Assembly (NCBI GenBank): GCA_020048915.1
Contig: JAIFLU010000223.1
Location: 8,067 to 72,066 of the forward strand
Origin: Bacteroidota bacterium
Lineage (GTDB): Bacteria; Bacteroidota; Bacteroidia; Bacteroidales; JAAUTT01
Length of the DNA stretch: 64,000 nucleotides
Direction: 5' to 3'
Under the pieces are notes generated by a model. It did not search any database. It was not told the DNA's origin and was given only the letters and a program-made list of their open reading frames with translations. Shown here one piece after another: positions 46,168 through 55,833 of this stretch (position 1 is its first letter; the number at the start of each line of letters is the position of its first letter). Both the position numbers and the translations under genes were made by a program.

Positions 46168-48006
46168 TTATTCCTTTTTCAGGCCAAACTCCGGTTTTAC
46201 TTTTATAAAAAATACCGGAATTACTGCGGGAAGCATACAAAGCATCACCCATACAAAGAAATATTTATACCCGATAATTTCCTGCAGCCATCCCGAGAAC
46301 ATACCCGGAAGCATCATACCCAACGCCATAAAACCCGTGGCAATGGCAAAGTGGGCAGTTTTGTTTTTCCCTTCCGAAATGTAAATCATATAAAGCATAT
46401 AAGCGGTAAACCCGAATCCATAGCTAAACTGCTCGATAGAAACACACAAGCTGATTATAAGATAATTTTCAGGTTGGGCATACGCGAGATAAACATAAGC
46501 TAGGTGCGGAATATTGATTGCAAACACCATCCACCAAAGCCAGTATTTAAAACCCTTCCGGGCAGCGGCTAATCCTCCGAGTATTCCTCCTGCGGTAAGG
46601 GCGAGAATCCCAAACGTTCCATAAACCAATCCCACATCGCCGGTGGTAAGTCCTAATCCTCCCAACTGGCGGGGATCGAGCATAAACGGAGATGCCATTT
46701 TAATCAATTGGGCTTCGCCTACACGGTAAAGTAATAAAAATGATATAATTACGCCAATATCCTTCCTTCTGAAAAAGGATGCGAATGTTGTAAAGAATTC
46801 TTTAAATAAATTTTGCCCCTCGCTTCTAACTGTTTGATCCGATTTCGGGTATGGCAGCATAAACCTGTGATAGAAAGAAAATACCACAAACATCCCGGCA
46901 AGTATTAAAAAGGTGATACTCCATGCCAGATGGATATTTCCTGAAGTTCCTTTAAACACTGCCGTTGTTGAACGGGTCAATTTTGAATCGGCTTGTAATA
47001 AAATGTAGGCCGGTTTGTCCCAGTTCTTTGAGCTAAAGGCTAACCGTTCCCCTTCAATTAGTTTGATGCTGTTATCGCCTTTCCTGAATTTCAGGTTCAA
47101 CACCATTTCTTTATCCTTTTCGGGCTGTTTGGTTAACTTAACAGCTACAACTGCCACATTTCCGGTAAGAGAATTTGCCGAAACCGGGGCAATTTTTGTA
47201 TTTAACTTCTCCTTTAAATAACCTTTTAATGGGGTTGAAATATAGTCGGACCACCAGGAGGATTCATTTTTCAGGTTCGCTGACAATTTCACAAAACCCT
47301 TTGCCTGATTATGTTCTGTAACCATAGTCCGAATTGAATCCAATGTACCCTTGGGGATATTTTGAGTGGACAATTCGACTTGTTGTGGAAAAACCGCAAA
47401 AAATGTGTTGCCCGATTTTAATGAATCGTTTTGATTCACTTCCGGTAAAACAATTTCTTTGGATATTGAAGGATTAGAGATAGCATTAATTTCGATGGGA
47501 GGAAGCCCGGTAGAAGTTTCGAAGAACCCCGCCAGAATAATTAAGAGGCCCTGCCCGGTAATCATGGCAATCCGATAAAAAGTACTGCGGATCCCTACAA
47601 AGTAAGTTTGTTGATGCTCATTTAGCCCTAGCATATAAAACCCATCGGCAGCAATATCGTGCGTGGCAGAACTAAAAGCCAAAAGCCACAAAAATATCAG
47701 CGTAACCTTAAAAAACAGGGGCAACGGTATTGCCAGTGCAACTCCCCCCAAGCCAGCTCCTATCAGCAATTGCATAAAGATAATCCACCAGCGCTTGGTC
47801 TTTAGTAAGTCGACAATAGGACTCCACAACGGTTTTATTACCCACGGAAGGTATAGCCAGCTTGTGTATAAAGCAATATCGGTATTGGATATCCCCAGCC
47901 TCTTGAACATTATAACTGCAACAGTCATTGCAACAACATACGGAATGCCTTCGGCAAAATAGAGGGAAGGTATCCATAACCAGGGATTTCGGGTGGTTTG
48001 TTTCAT
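46168..48006 (-). CDS. ampG: AmpG-family muropeptide MFS permease with a ~190-aa central insertion
   Basis: The N-terminus WLWIPSLYFAEGIPYVVAMTVAVIMFKRLGISNTDIALYTSWLYLPWVIKPLWSPIVD is typical of AmpG. Residues ~165-355 (nt 46942-47514) are hydrophilic and non-TM, and they interrupt the MFS halves. Confidence 0.8.
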   Translation of the reverse strand: MKQTTRNPWLWIPSLYFAEGIPYVVAMTVAVIMFKRLGISNTDIALYTSWLYLPWVIKPLWSPIVDLLKTKRWWIIFMQLLIGAGLGGVALAIPLPLFFKVTLIFLWLLAFSSATHDIAADGFYMLGLNEHQQTYFVGIRSTFYRIAMITGQGLLIILAGFFETSTGLPPIEINAISNPSISKEIVLPEVNQNDSLKSGNTFFAVFPQQVELSTQNIPKGTLDSIRTMVTEHNQAKGFVKLSANLKNESSWWSDYISTPLKGYLKEKLNTKIAPVSANSLTGNVAVVAVKLTKQPEKDKEMVLNLKFRKGDNSIKLIEGERLAFSSKNWDKPAYILLQADSKLTRSTTAVFKGTSGNIHLAWSITFLILAGMFVVFSFYHRFMLPYPKSDQTVRSEGQNLFKEFFTTFASFFRRKDIGVIISFLLLYRVGEAQLIKMASPFMLDPRQLGGLGLTTGDVGLVYGTFGILALTAGGILGGLAAARKGFKYWLWWMVFAINIPHLAYVYLAYAQPENYLIISLCVSIEQFSYGFGFTAYMLYMIYISEGKNKTAHFAIATGFMALGMMLPGMFSGWLQEIIGYKYFFVWVMLCMLPAVIPVFFIKVKPEFGLKKE

Positions 48007-48090
48007 GGGAGTTAGTATTGCTTTTAGTTAAGAGGACGATTAAAGGTTTTTATTTATTAGTAGACTTAAAATTGCAGTTTGCCAAATATT

Positions 48091-48208
48091 CAATGTTATA
48101 AAATCAAATAATTAAGGTTTCTACTATATACCCTTCGACTCCGCTCAGGGTGACACTTTGGTGCATTTCTTATTTGAGCCTGTATATGTTCCTTAACTAA
48201 ACTACATT
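48091..48208. repeat. Partial copy of the inverted-repeat element
   Basis: TCCTTAACTAAACTACATT (48190-48208) matches the right terminus of the 20801-20922 element. The left arm (CAATGTT...TTAAGG at 48091-48117) is weak. The internal TTCGACTCCGCTCAGGGTGACA is GC-rich. Confidence 0.3.
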
Positions 48209-48213
48209 TTCAA

Positions 48214-49560
48214 TTATTTATATAACTCTCTTAATTCTGTTTCCTTAAAATAGTGGTTTAAAATTTCTTCGAAAGAATATCCTTTTTCGCCCATCATGGC
48301 AGCGCCTATCTGGCATAATCCAACCCCATGCCCCCAGCCGGCACCCGTTAATACGAATTCTCCTGGTATTCCATCCACTATGTTATTGCGATCGACTACA
48401 AAGGCAGAACTATAAAGGTGTGATTCGGATAATACCTTGCGAATCTGTAATTCCTTCCCAACAATTAAGGAAGCTTTTGTTCCGATTATTTTTAACCGTA
48501 ATAGCCGACCCGATTTTCCGCGCTGCATTGGAACTAGGTCAACGATAGCACCAAAATCCCTACCCGCTTTCCTGGAAATAAGTTCGGCAATTTTTTCCTG
48601 CGAATACACTACTTTCCATCGGTAAAAATCGGTTGTTTCCTGATCGTAATCATTCAACACCTGCGAAAGTACTTTCTTGTCGCGCGTGTTGCAGAAGGCT
48701 TCGGGAGAATTCCTGATCCATTTCTGAGCCGATTCTTCGTTTGCCAAATCTAAGTCATACAACTTGGGGGCTTTTGGATTATCGAGAATTGCCTGAAGGT
48801 ATGGGTGATTAATAGGCTCCCAAACATTCTCGAAAATTTCGGTTACTCCACCACAGCTCTTATAAAAACGGGCATCACAAACATTGTTATTATTCATCAA
48901 AACTTTTCCGCGGGTCTCGCCAATTGCTTTGCTCACCAACTCGCTCGACTGGCGTGTAATTCCCTGGTATCGCTGGCAATGGTCGTCGGCACATACATCA
49001 AAGTTTGCATGGTCTTCGCGGTCGTACCATCGGATGTATTCATCTTTTGTCTCCGTAATAGTTTGATAAATACTCTTGGACTCTTCCAGTTTTTTCCCTT
49101 TAATCACCTGCGCAATAAGCCAGGACCTTGAAATAATTGCATGCGCTTTCAACAATTCCATGCTGCTGGTAGCGCTCATCTCCGAAGAAATAACACTTAC
49201 CAGGTAATCTTCGAGTGGCAGAACATTTATTGCTGTTAGCTTTTCGTTTTCGACAATAAACTTCAGCGCCCCTTTAAACCGTTGGTTTTCTTTTCGTTCC
49301 CAATGAAATTTTATTCCAATGGTTACATTTAATAAATCGAAGGACGATTCTTCAAACAATACCGGTTCAAAATCAATAATCGCTTTTTCCAGCGCTTCGC
49401 CATTCAACAAAATTATGCCATCGGCAAAGCGAATTTTTTGCTGTCCTTTCAGGGTAATGCCGGTTTGTTTCAAAATGTATGCTCCGTTCAGCGTAAATGC
49501 TATCTCCGGTTCATACATGATCCCGATCTTCAAGTGTGGCTCTTGCATAGTATTTTCCAT
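48214..49560 (-). CDS. SpoIID/LytB domain protein (amidase enhancer / lytic transglycosylase-like)
   Basis: Motifs AHAIISRSW, VCADDHCQRYQG and GAGWGHGVGLCQIGA match the SpoIID/LytB family. No obvious N-terminal signal peptide. Confidence 0.8.
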   Translation of the reverse strand: MENTMQEPHLKIGIMYEPEIAFTLNGAYILKQTGITLKGQQKIRFADGIILLNGEALEKAIIDFEPVLFEESSFDLLNVTIGIKFHWERKENQRFKGALKFIVENEKLTAINVLPLEDYLVSVISSEMSATSSMELLKAHAIISRSWLIAQVIKGKKLEESKSIYQTITETKDEYIRWYDREDHANFDVCADDHCQRYQGITRQSSELVSKAIGETRGKVLMNNNNVCDARFYKSCGGVTEIFENVWEPINHPYLQAILDNPKAPKLYDLDLANEESAQKWIRNSPEAFCNTRDKKVLSQVLNDYDQETTDFYRWKVVYSQEKIAELISRKAGRDFGAIVDLVPMQRGKSGRLLRLKIIGTKASLIVGKELQIRKVLSESHLYSSAFVVDRNNIVDGIPGEFVLTGAGWGHGVGLCQIGAAMMGEKGYSFEEILNHYFKETELRELYK

Positions 49561-49568
49561 TATTAAAA

Positions 49569-50063
49569 TTACACTTCTCTTCTTAAAATAAGTTCCAGAT
49601 AAGGATAGGAAGGATCCTCAAATCCAAATTTCCGGTATAATTGCTCCCCGTCTTTCGAGGTGTGTAATGCCACCTTGCTTATTCCCATGTTCCGGGCTTC
49701 GGCTAATAATTGGGTAAGAATAAGCGACGATATTCCTTTTCTTCTGGCTACAGGTATCGTGTACATATTTAGGATGTCGCCTTCAATGTACGAAGATTGA
49801 TTAAAATCGCCCGGAATAAGCTTGATTACCATTGCCCCAAAAGCAAGTATTTCCCCTTTGTATTCAGCCAGCAGCGCAAAAAAACTCCCTTTATCAATGG
49901 TCATTCTGAAAAAATTATTGAGGTCTTTCCGTAAGGTTGTTTTATATTCGTCGCCCCTTTCCCCTTGCAATTCTGTAAGGTAGTCAATACGGTATTCGGT
50001 CATTGTTTCAATGTCGGCGGCTTCTACTTTACGAATTTTAACTTTTGCTACATCAATATTCAT
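49569..50063 (-). CDS. GNAT-family N-acetyltransferase
   Basis: 164 aa with a GNAT core (VARRKGISSLILTQLLAEARNMG...LYRKFGF). Confidence 0.75.
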   Translation of the reverse strand: MNIDVAKVKIRKVEAADIETMTEYRIDYLTELQGERGDEYKTTLRKDLNNFFRMTIDKGSFFALLAEYKGEILAFGAMVIKLIPGDFNQSSYIEGDILNMYTIPVARRKGISSLILTQLLAEARNMGISKVALHTSKDGEQLYRKFGFEDPSYPYLELILRREV

Positions 50064-50078
50064 CGGTGCTTATTTATT

Positions 50079-51038
50079 TCAAATCCGGTTAATTAATTTG
50101 TGAAGGGTAATCTCGTCCATACAAACCTGTGTAAAAATATCCGCAATGTCATCCATGGAAATCTTATTGAAATCTTCCTCCCTTGGAGTAATAAAAACCC
50201 CTCCCATATCGACACTCGCCGGACTCAGTAAAATTTGCCCCTCTCCCTGCGCAAAATATTGAGCTGGACGGTGCAATATCCGCGGGAAGATATGAACTAT
50301 CCATTCTCCTTTTTCGAAATAGGCGAGGATATTTAACATGGGTTCCACTTCGGTTGGTTGAAGCAGATGAAAGTCGTTATATAATCCAGAAAAAATCAAG
50401 GCAATGCTTTCTTTATTGCTACTCTGAAGGGTAATTGCCGACCGCAAATAGTCTTTCGACTGGTAAATTTTCACCTCCTGTTTCACTTTTACTAATTCAA
50501 CCAGGGCTGTGTTATGAAAGTCTTTTTCGATGGGTAAAAAGCCTTTGGAACCCGCCTGAAAGTGAAAATGATCGGGGGCAGATGCACCACATTTCGGGCC
50601 GTTGTAAAAAACCACGAAGTCGTCCAGACTGTATGCCAGATCGAGCATATCTCCAAAATGTAACTGAATAAGCTGGTCTGTATGCTGCTCCTTTGGAATG
50701 GTTAAATGCCTCGGGAAAATAGGAAATGGATTTACCAATATCTGGTAATCGTCTTTAAAAGGCAGACTGCGTTGCTGCATGGGACGGTTCTGTGCGCATA
50801 GGAAACAGGGCCGCGCTTCGATAGATTTCACATCGACTTTTGCGGCAGATGATGTTATCCGTTTAGGATTAAACTGAACCAAAATTTCAAATCCGTTAAA
50901 CAAAAATGTTTTTGTTTTAACGTTTTTAAGGTCGTTATAATTTGATGAGGCCATCTCCCATTCCGGGAGCTGGGTTTCGATAAAGTGATTTATGTTTTTT
51001 ATAGGTTCCATGTAAAAATTTGTAAAAACCGCATGCAA
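50079..51038 (-). CDS. GalT/Apa2-like HIT-fold nucleotidyltransferase or phosphorylase family protein (DUF4922-like)
   Basis: Contains GASAPDHFHFQAG, i.e. an HxHxQ motif as in GalT, GDP-L-galactose phosphorylase and Apa enzymes. The TTG start is at 51038, and the ATG at 51011 is more likely. I recalled the DUF number from memory and have not verified it. Confidence 0.55.
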   Translation of the reverse strand: MHAVFTNFYMEPIKNINHFIETQLPEWEMASSNYNDLKNVKTKTFLFNGFEILVQFNPKRITSSAAKVDVKSIEARPCFLCAQNRPMQQRSLPFKDDYQILVNPFPIFPRHLTIPKEQHTDQLIQLHFGDMLDLAYSLDDFVVFYNGPKCGASAPDHFHFQAGSKGFLPIEKDFHNTALVELVKVKQEVKIYQSKDYLRSAITLQSSNKESIALIFSGLYNDFHLLQPTEVEPMLNILAYFEKGEWIVHIFPRILHRPAQYFAQGEGQILLSPASVDMGGVFITPREEDFNKISMDDIADIFTQVCMDEITLHKLINRI

Positions 51039-51100
51039 TCCAAATTTTAGCTTTTATTGTATTAAACTAGTGTCATGTCAAATACAAAATATCAAAACTA

Positions 51101-51160
51101 CCTCCCCTGCCCCTCCTTACCCGCGATAGCTATCGGGGGGAGGGGAAACTCCCTCCGTAC
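51101..51160. repeat. GC-rich compound hairpin in a 172-bp intra-cluster gap
   Basis: CCTCCCCTGCCCCTCC...CGATAGCTATCG (a perfect 12-bp palindrome at 51124-51135)...GGGGGGAGGGG...CCCTCC. It lies between the GT2 stop (51211) and the next gene's start (51038) on the minus strand. Confidence 0.5.
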
Positions 51161-51210
51161 AAGGTTATAGCCCCTTTTAAAGGTGTTGGGGTTAATTCGC
51201 CAATTTAAAG

Positions 51211-52680
51211 TTAACATTTCACTAGTTGCCCACCTTTAACATACTGCTGCCGGGCCCAGAATTCTAATGTCCTGATTTTATCTTTGTAAAAATTATGTCC
51301 ATTTAATTTGATAATATCCAACGAGGCATCGGAGTTTTCGTCCCATCGGCGGCATAAATAGAGGGGATCGTAAATGCGTCCAATCTGGTATTTACGACTG
51401 ATATTCAACCCCAGGGCATAGTCCTCGCCATAACTAACATTGGGGACTTTTATATCGCGAATAACAGGGGTGTAGAAAGCACGGGGAGCTCCCAATCCGT
51501 TTATGCGAAGCGCGTTGTTCCGGCCATTGCCGGGAGTCCACTCTTTATGATCGATTAAACCGGGAGGTATTTCTTCGAGCTTGAAATTTACCATGCGGTA
51601 CGAACCTACCAGCATAGCACAATTTTGTTCATAGAATGCAGCAACTATGCGACTGATAACATGGTTGTCGATATACAAATCGTCGCTATCGAGCTGAATA
51701 GCAAACTTACCGCAGGTTGGGTGCATAATGGCTTCGTTCCAGCATCCGCCAATACCGAGATCTTTTCTTTCGGGAATAACCAGTTCTACCCGCTTATCCT
51801 CCTGAGCAAACGACCGGATCAAATCAGTTGTCCCATCGGTAGAAAAATTATCGACAATAATTAAGTTGAATGGAAAGTTGGTTTGTTGACTTAATACCGA
51901 TTTTATAGCATTACCAATTGTCTTAACCCGGTTTCGAACTGGAATGATAACGGAAGCTTCGAAAGGAAAATCCCCCTCATTAAAATGAATTTTTGTAAAC
52001 TCAGGCGCCAGCCAGGCTCCAACATCCTTTAAATGCATTGTACATGCCTGCTCCATTTCAATTTGAACCTGACGGTTTTTGGGATCAACGTAGTCGAACA
52101 TTTTTTCGCCCGATTTACGGACATCGGTTTCTATCACGGAATAAAGCAACTCGGGTAAATGAACCAGTTTGTTTGTTTGAGACACTTTTAAGCGCAAATC
52201 GTACAATCCGGCAAACTTATAATCGACAGTCATCCTTGCTATGGCATCCTTAAGAGCTTTCGTTTTAAACAGCAGGATTGAGCCGAAATCAAAATCGTCA
52301 CGCAAACTTCCATCCTGGTATTCAATTACCGGATGCGGAGTGCGCACTCCCTCCTTTATTTCGAAATAATCGCAGTAAACCATTCCGGCATCGCTATCGT
52401 TGCATACATGCATCATACGCTCCAAGGCGTACTGACCGATATCAAAAGGCAATGCTTTGGTATAAATCAGCGTAAATTCGGAAGTTGCTTTCGCTGCTAT
52501 TTCTTTCAGGGCAGATGTGGTTGACAGGCTTTCGGCTGCTATCCATCCATCAATTCCCAAATCATTTATTTCTGCTTTTCCGACAGCACTAATTTTAGAA
52601 ATACAGCCTGTTTTCTTCAAAACATTCACATTATGAGCCAAATCTTCCGCTGGAGCTGCTGATAAAAAACATGTTATCAT
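51211..52680 (-). CDS. Family-2 glycosyltransferase with an N-terminal extra (GT-A-like?) domain
   Basis: The C-terminal half has GT2 motifs (SVIIPVRNRVKTIGNAIKSVLSQ, NLIIVDNFSTDGT, IQLDSDD). The N-terminal ~240 aa (MVYCDYFEI...) may be a degenerate second GT-A domain. Confidence 0.75.
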   Translation of the reverse strand: MITCFLSAAPAEDLAHNVNVLKKTGCISKISAVGKAEINDLGIDGWIAAESLSTTSALKEIAAKATSEFTLIYTKALPFDIGQYALERMMHVCNDSDAGMVYCDYFEIKEGVRTPHPVIEYQDGSLRDDFDFGSILLFKTKALKDAIARMTVDYKFAGLYDLRLKVSQTNKLVHLPELLYSVIETDVRKSGEKMFDYVDPKNRQVQIEMEQACTMHLKDVGAWLAPEFTKIHFNEGDFPFEASVIIPVRNRVKTIGNAIKSVLSQQTNFPFNLIIVDNFSTDGTTDLIRSFAQEDKRVELVIPERKDLGIGGCWNEAIMHPTCGKFAIQLDSDDLYIDNHVISRIVAAFYEQNCAMLVGSYRMVNFKLEEIPPGLIDHKEWTPGNGRNNALRINGLGAPRAFYTPVIRDIKVPNVSYGEDYALGLNISRKYQIGRIYDPLYLCRRWDENSDASLDIIKLNGHNFYKDKIRTLEFWARQQYVKGGQLVKC

Positions 52681-52707
52681 ATGATCAATATTTATCTTAG
52701 TTAATTA

Positions 52708-55700
52708 CTATTTCTTCAAAAAGTCTAAAACCTGTTTCATTAATCCATTCCGATTATTTTCCTCCAGTATTGTTTCGAAAGGGAACCCCAAAATTAACGT
52801 TTTATAATTCCCCTGAAAAGCTACGCCAGCACTGCTGTTACTATCGGAATACCGAAAGGCGGTAATGGCACCTTTGCCTTCGGGTTCAATAGCATCGGGA
52901 GCTTCTACGGTATAAATGCAAGGATCATATTCAGCATTAAAACTCCATTTTCCGGTTAAACCAGGTTTTGCATAATCGGTCGCATATACCTCTCCTTCTT
53001 TGGAAGCATGATTGGTGCGCCACGAAAAATGCAATACATCGTTTGCAAATTTTACAGCAATAGAATCAGTTGAATTCAACAAATCGGTTCCTACATAAGC
53101 CCCAGAAAGAAATACACTGTTGCCCTGAGCAGTAACTTCCTTTAATTTATCCATAAAATTTGGGGTGTATATTTTGAAGGAAAATTCTTTCGGGTTTTTA
53201 AAATTGGGAATTGACTTTTCTTCTCCCAAAATAACATCAATGATTGGATAGGCAGAGGCATTGAATTGCTTTCCCACAAAAACTTCATCGCTCACCGATA
53301 CAAAGGAATATCCGTTTGCGAGCATGGCTTTGCCATGAATATATGGAAAATCGAATGAATTACCGGGGATTATTTTGCCATCCATATTGTTATAACATGC
53401 TCCCCACCCGGGACTGTCATCGTCGAGCCATTCCGATTTCCGGTCGAAGTCGTATTGGTTTCCAATAAATCCTAACTCGCTTTTATCGGGCACCCCCTGA
53501 TCGTCCCACCAGGCAATTCCTGCCATCTTTCCGGTATCGAAAATTGCCGGGCCACTTATCCGGTCGAATGCGTTTACCACCAATAAAGTCGATGCTGTTT
53601 CATTCTTAAACCCTGCCGACAAAATTTCACTGGGAAAACTTTCTCCACCAGCATTCACTGCAGTTACCTTAAAACTATAAAGTTGGTCGTAATTTTCAAG
53701 CGTTACTTGCAAAACGGTATCTTCCACCAGTGTGCCATTATCAAATCCTCCATCGCCGACCCTTTTATAAACTTTGTATTTATCGGGTTTGGCAGAAATT
53801 TCAAGTGAATCGAAAACCGGTTTCCAAATTAATACTACAGTTTTATTTCCTTTCGATGTAATTGAAAAATGATCTACAGGCAACGGTTGTATTACATAAG
53901 GCCGTCCTTGCTGATATGACAGATATTTGAGCATCCCTTTATAAATAGCCCGGCTTGCGCTGAACCGAAACCTCGGATCGAGGCCAAACCGCATGTCGGC
54001 AATGTTCTGGTGCGAAAGTAGTTCGAGTAACATCGCAGGCACAATTTGCCGAAATGCCTCAGAATAGCCTCTGTCCCACATAGCACGGCGGTTCCATATG
54101 GGGTTGTATAACCGCCTGATATCGTCTACCAGTTGCGTTTGGATAATATCTGTCAGGTCGCGGCTGGTAAGCTTCGATTGTCCGTCGGGAAAAATTCCGT
54201 TGTTTTTTTCGGAACTGTATAGCCCCAATGTACCAATTACCGAATCGTTGGGAGTAACACCCGCATCAGTATGAAATGCCAGCGTCAGGTCGATCGGAAT
54301 GTTTAATCCGTTCTTAAAACTGGTTTTATATTGCGGTTTCGAATTCCCGATCAGGTAGTTTACCCATTCTCCGCGCGACTGCAGATCATCGGCATAATCG
54401 TTTTTATTTTTATTCAGGGTATAAACCAAACTATCGGGCATTCCGGCATATTGAAGGTAATACCTGGCAGCCTCCATGTATCTTGGTTTTCCGCTCTGCT
54501 TCCATTCATATGTTTCGGAATTCGGGTTATTCGAAGTGGAAAGTCCATTTACTCCAACAATAGCATTTGCAGGCCTTCGGGCAACATTACCCTTGCCTCC
54601 GCCAAATCTTACAGCATCGGCTGAAATAAAACCGGATTCCTTTCCGCTAATATTTATAGATACAGAGCCATTTTGCGCATCCAACCCCTGCATAAAATCA
54701 AATGTTCCCAAATAAACCCAGGTACTTCCACCCATTTGTTGGTTTACCAGAAACCGTGTTTTCCCTCCCGAATGCTGCACCACATATTCCACTTCTTTGC
54801 TATTTAAGGTATCCTGAATATAGGTTACATATACCGCATAGCTTCCTTTTTCAGGGATGTTTGGAATAAATTCCACCTTTTTAGTACCATTTATTGGCGG
54901 AACTATTTTCAGGGAATTGCCTTGTTCAAAAAGATTGTCGCCGGGGAACAAAGTATCTTTTGCAGAAAAGCCTTTGGAAAAGATGTCGTACTTCAACCCA
55001 TCGGAAAATATAAATTGAGAATTTGTTGTTGTTGCGTTATCTACAATCACTTCGTTCGATTGGGTATCGCGTTCGCGGGGCAAAAACACTTCTGCTCCGG
55101 CATTTTCGAGCATGGGTACCAAATAAGGCAAAACATAGGTCATTGTATATAAATCTTCTACGGTACCAAATAGTCGGGCGCGTTGAAATTCCCAACGATC
55201 GAGTGAGCTTTCGTAAAAATAACCATGGCTTTGCCATAAAGCAATATTGCAATTATTTAGTCCCAAAGTTGGTTGAACAGCATCAAGTCGCCTAGCAAGC
55301 GGATTTTTTGAAGAGACATATTTAAGCTTTCGTTTTTCATCTACAGGCATGTTTGTTCTCCATATATTCGGAATTAAGTCGTTAATTAAATACCCCCCGG
55401 AATAAATTTGCAGGGAATACCGCTTAAATCTATTTCTCAAGCTATGCAGAACAGATTGGTTCAAAAGATCGCAATCACTTTCGCGGAGAGGGAGGTACGA
55501 AAGATAGGGAGAAAAGAAAAGTTGGATATTTTTATGGAGGGGTGAAACTTCGAATGAATCAACAGGTATAGCTTTATAGATTTTTAGGCTGGTGGTATCC
55601 CTGCGCCATTTAGAAAGTCTTTTTTCTACCTTTTTATGCGCTCTGTCAGTCTTACCGGATTGAGCAAATATATCCTGAGCTGCTAAAGATGCAAATATTA

Positions 55701-55737
55701 CGAATAACAAAAGACATATTCTCAAATAAACATACAT
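52708..55737 (-). CDS. Large secreted protein with Amidase_3 (MurNAc-L-Ala amidase)-like core and FN3-like domain
   Basis: Signal peptide. The segment LAFHTDAG...IGTLGLYSS...SRDLTDIIQTQLVDDI...PAMLLELLSHQNIAD resembles the Amidase_3 pattern (H...G.e.y...S..lA..i...P.vLvE.gF.sN). The downstream beta-sandwich (KYKVYKRVGDG...YSFKVTAVNAGGES) is FN3-like. Confidence 0.5.
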   Translation of the reverse strand: MYVYLRICLLLFVIFASLAAQDIFAQSGKTDRAHKKVEKRLSKWRRDTTSLKIYKAIPVDSFEVSPLHKNIQLFFSPYLSYLPLRESDCDLLNQSVLHSLRNRFKRYSLQIYSGGYLINDLIPNIWRTNMPVDEKRKLKYVSSKNPLARRLDAVQPTLGLNNCNIALWQSHGYFYESSLDRWEFQRARLFGTVEDLYTMTYVLPYLVPMLENAGAEVFLPRERDTQSNEVIVDNATTTNSQFIFSDGLKYDIFSKGFSAKDTLFPGDNLFEQGNSLKIVPPINGTKKVEFIPNIPEKGSYAVYVTYIQDTLNSKEVEYVVQHSGGKTRFLVNQQMGGSTWVYLGTFDFMQGLDAQNGSVSINISGKESGFISADAVRFGGGKGNVARRPANAIVGVNGLSTSNNPNSETYEWKQSGKPRYMEAARYYLQYAGMPDSLVYTLNKNKNDYADDLQSRGEWVNYLIGNSKPQYKTSFKNGLNIPIDLTLAFHTDAGVTPNDSVIGTLGLYSSEKNNGIFPDGQSKLTSRDLTDIIQTQLVDDIRRLYNPIWNRRAMWDRGYSEAFRQIVPAMLLELLSHQNIADMRFGLDPRFRFSASRAIYKGMLKYLSYQQGRPYVIQPLPVDHFSITSKGNKTVVLIWKPVFDSLEISAKPDKYKVYKRVGDGGFDNGTLVEDTVLQVTLENYDQLYSFKVTAVNAGGESFPSEILSAGFKNETASTLLVVNAFDRISGPAIFDTGKMAGIAWWDDQGVPDKSELGFIGNQYDFDRKSEWLDDDSPGWGACYNNMDGKIIPGNSFDFPYIHGKAMLANGYSFVSVSDEVFVGKQFNASAYPIIDVILGEEKSIPNFKNPKEFSFKIYTPNFMDKLKEVTAQGNSVFLSGAYVGTDLLNSTDSIAVKFANDVLHFSWRTNHASKEGEVYATDYAKPGLTGKWSFNAEYDPCIYTVEAPDAIEPEGKGAITAFRYSDSNSSAGVAFQGNYKTLILGFPFETILEENNRNGLMKQVLDFLKK

Positions 55738-55817
55738 CGGATTTCAAATTGAATGATTAACTTATATCAATGAAAATCGGATCAAAAATAAAAAGTCTTT
55801 TTAATATTTCCTATAGT

Positions 55818-55833
55818 TGTAATACATGTTACA
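55818..55833. promoter_or_regulatory. TGTAATACATGTTACA (5-6-5 palindrome), a candidate operator in the divergent control region
   Basis: It shares the 13-mer TGTAATACATGTT with the site at 32867-32879. It lies 81-96 nt upstream of the 13-gene minus block and 138-153 nt upstream of murK. Confidence 0.35.
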
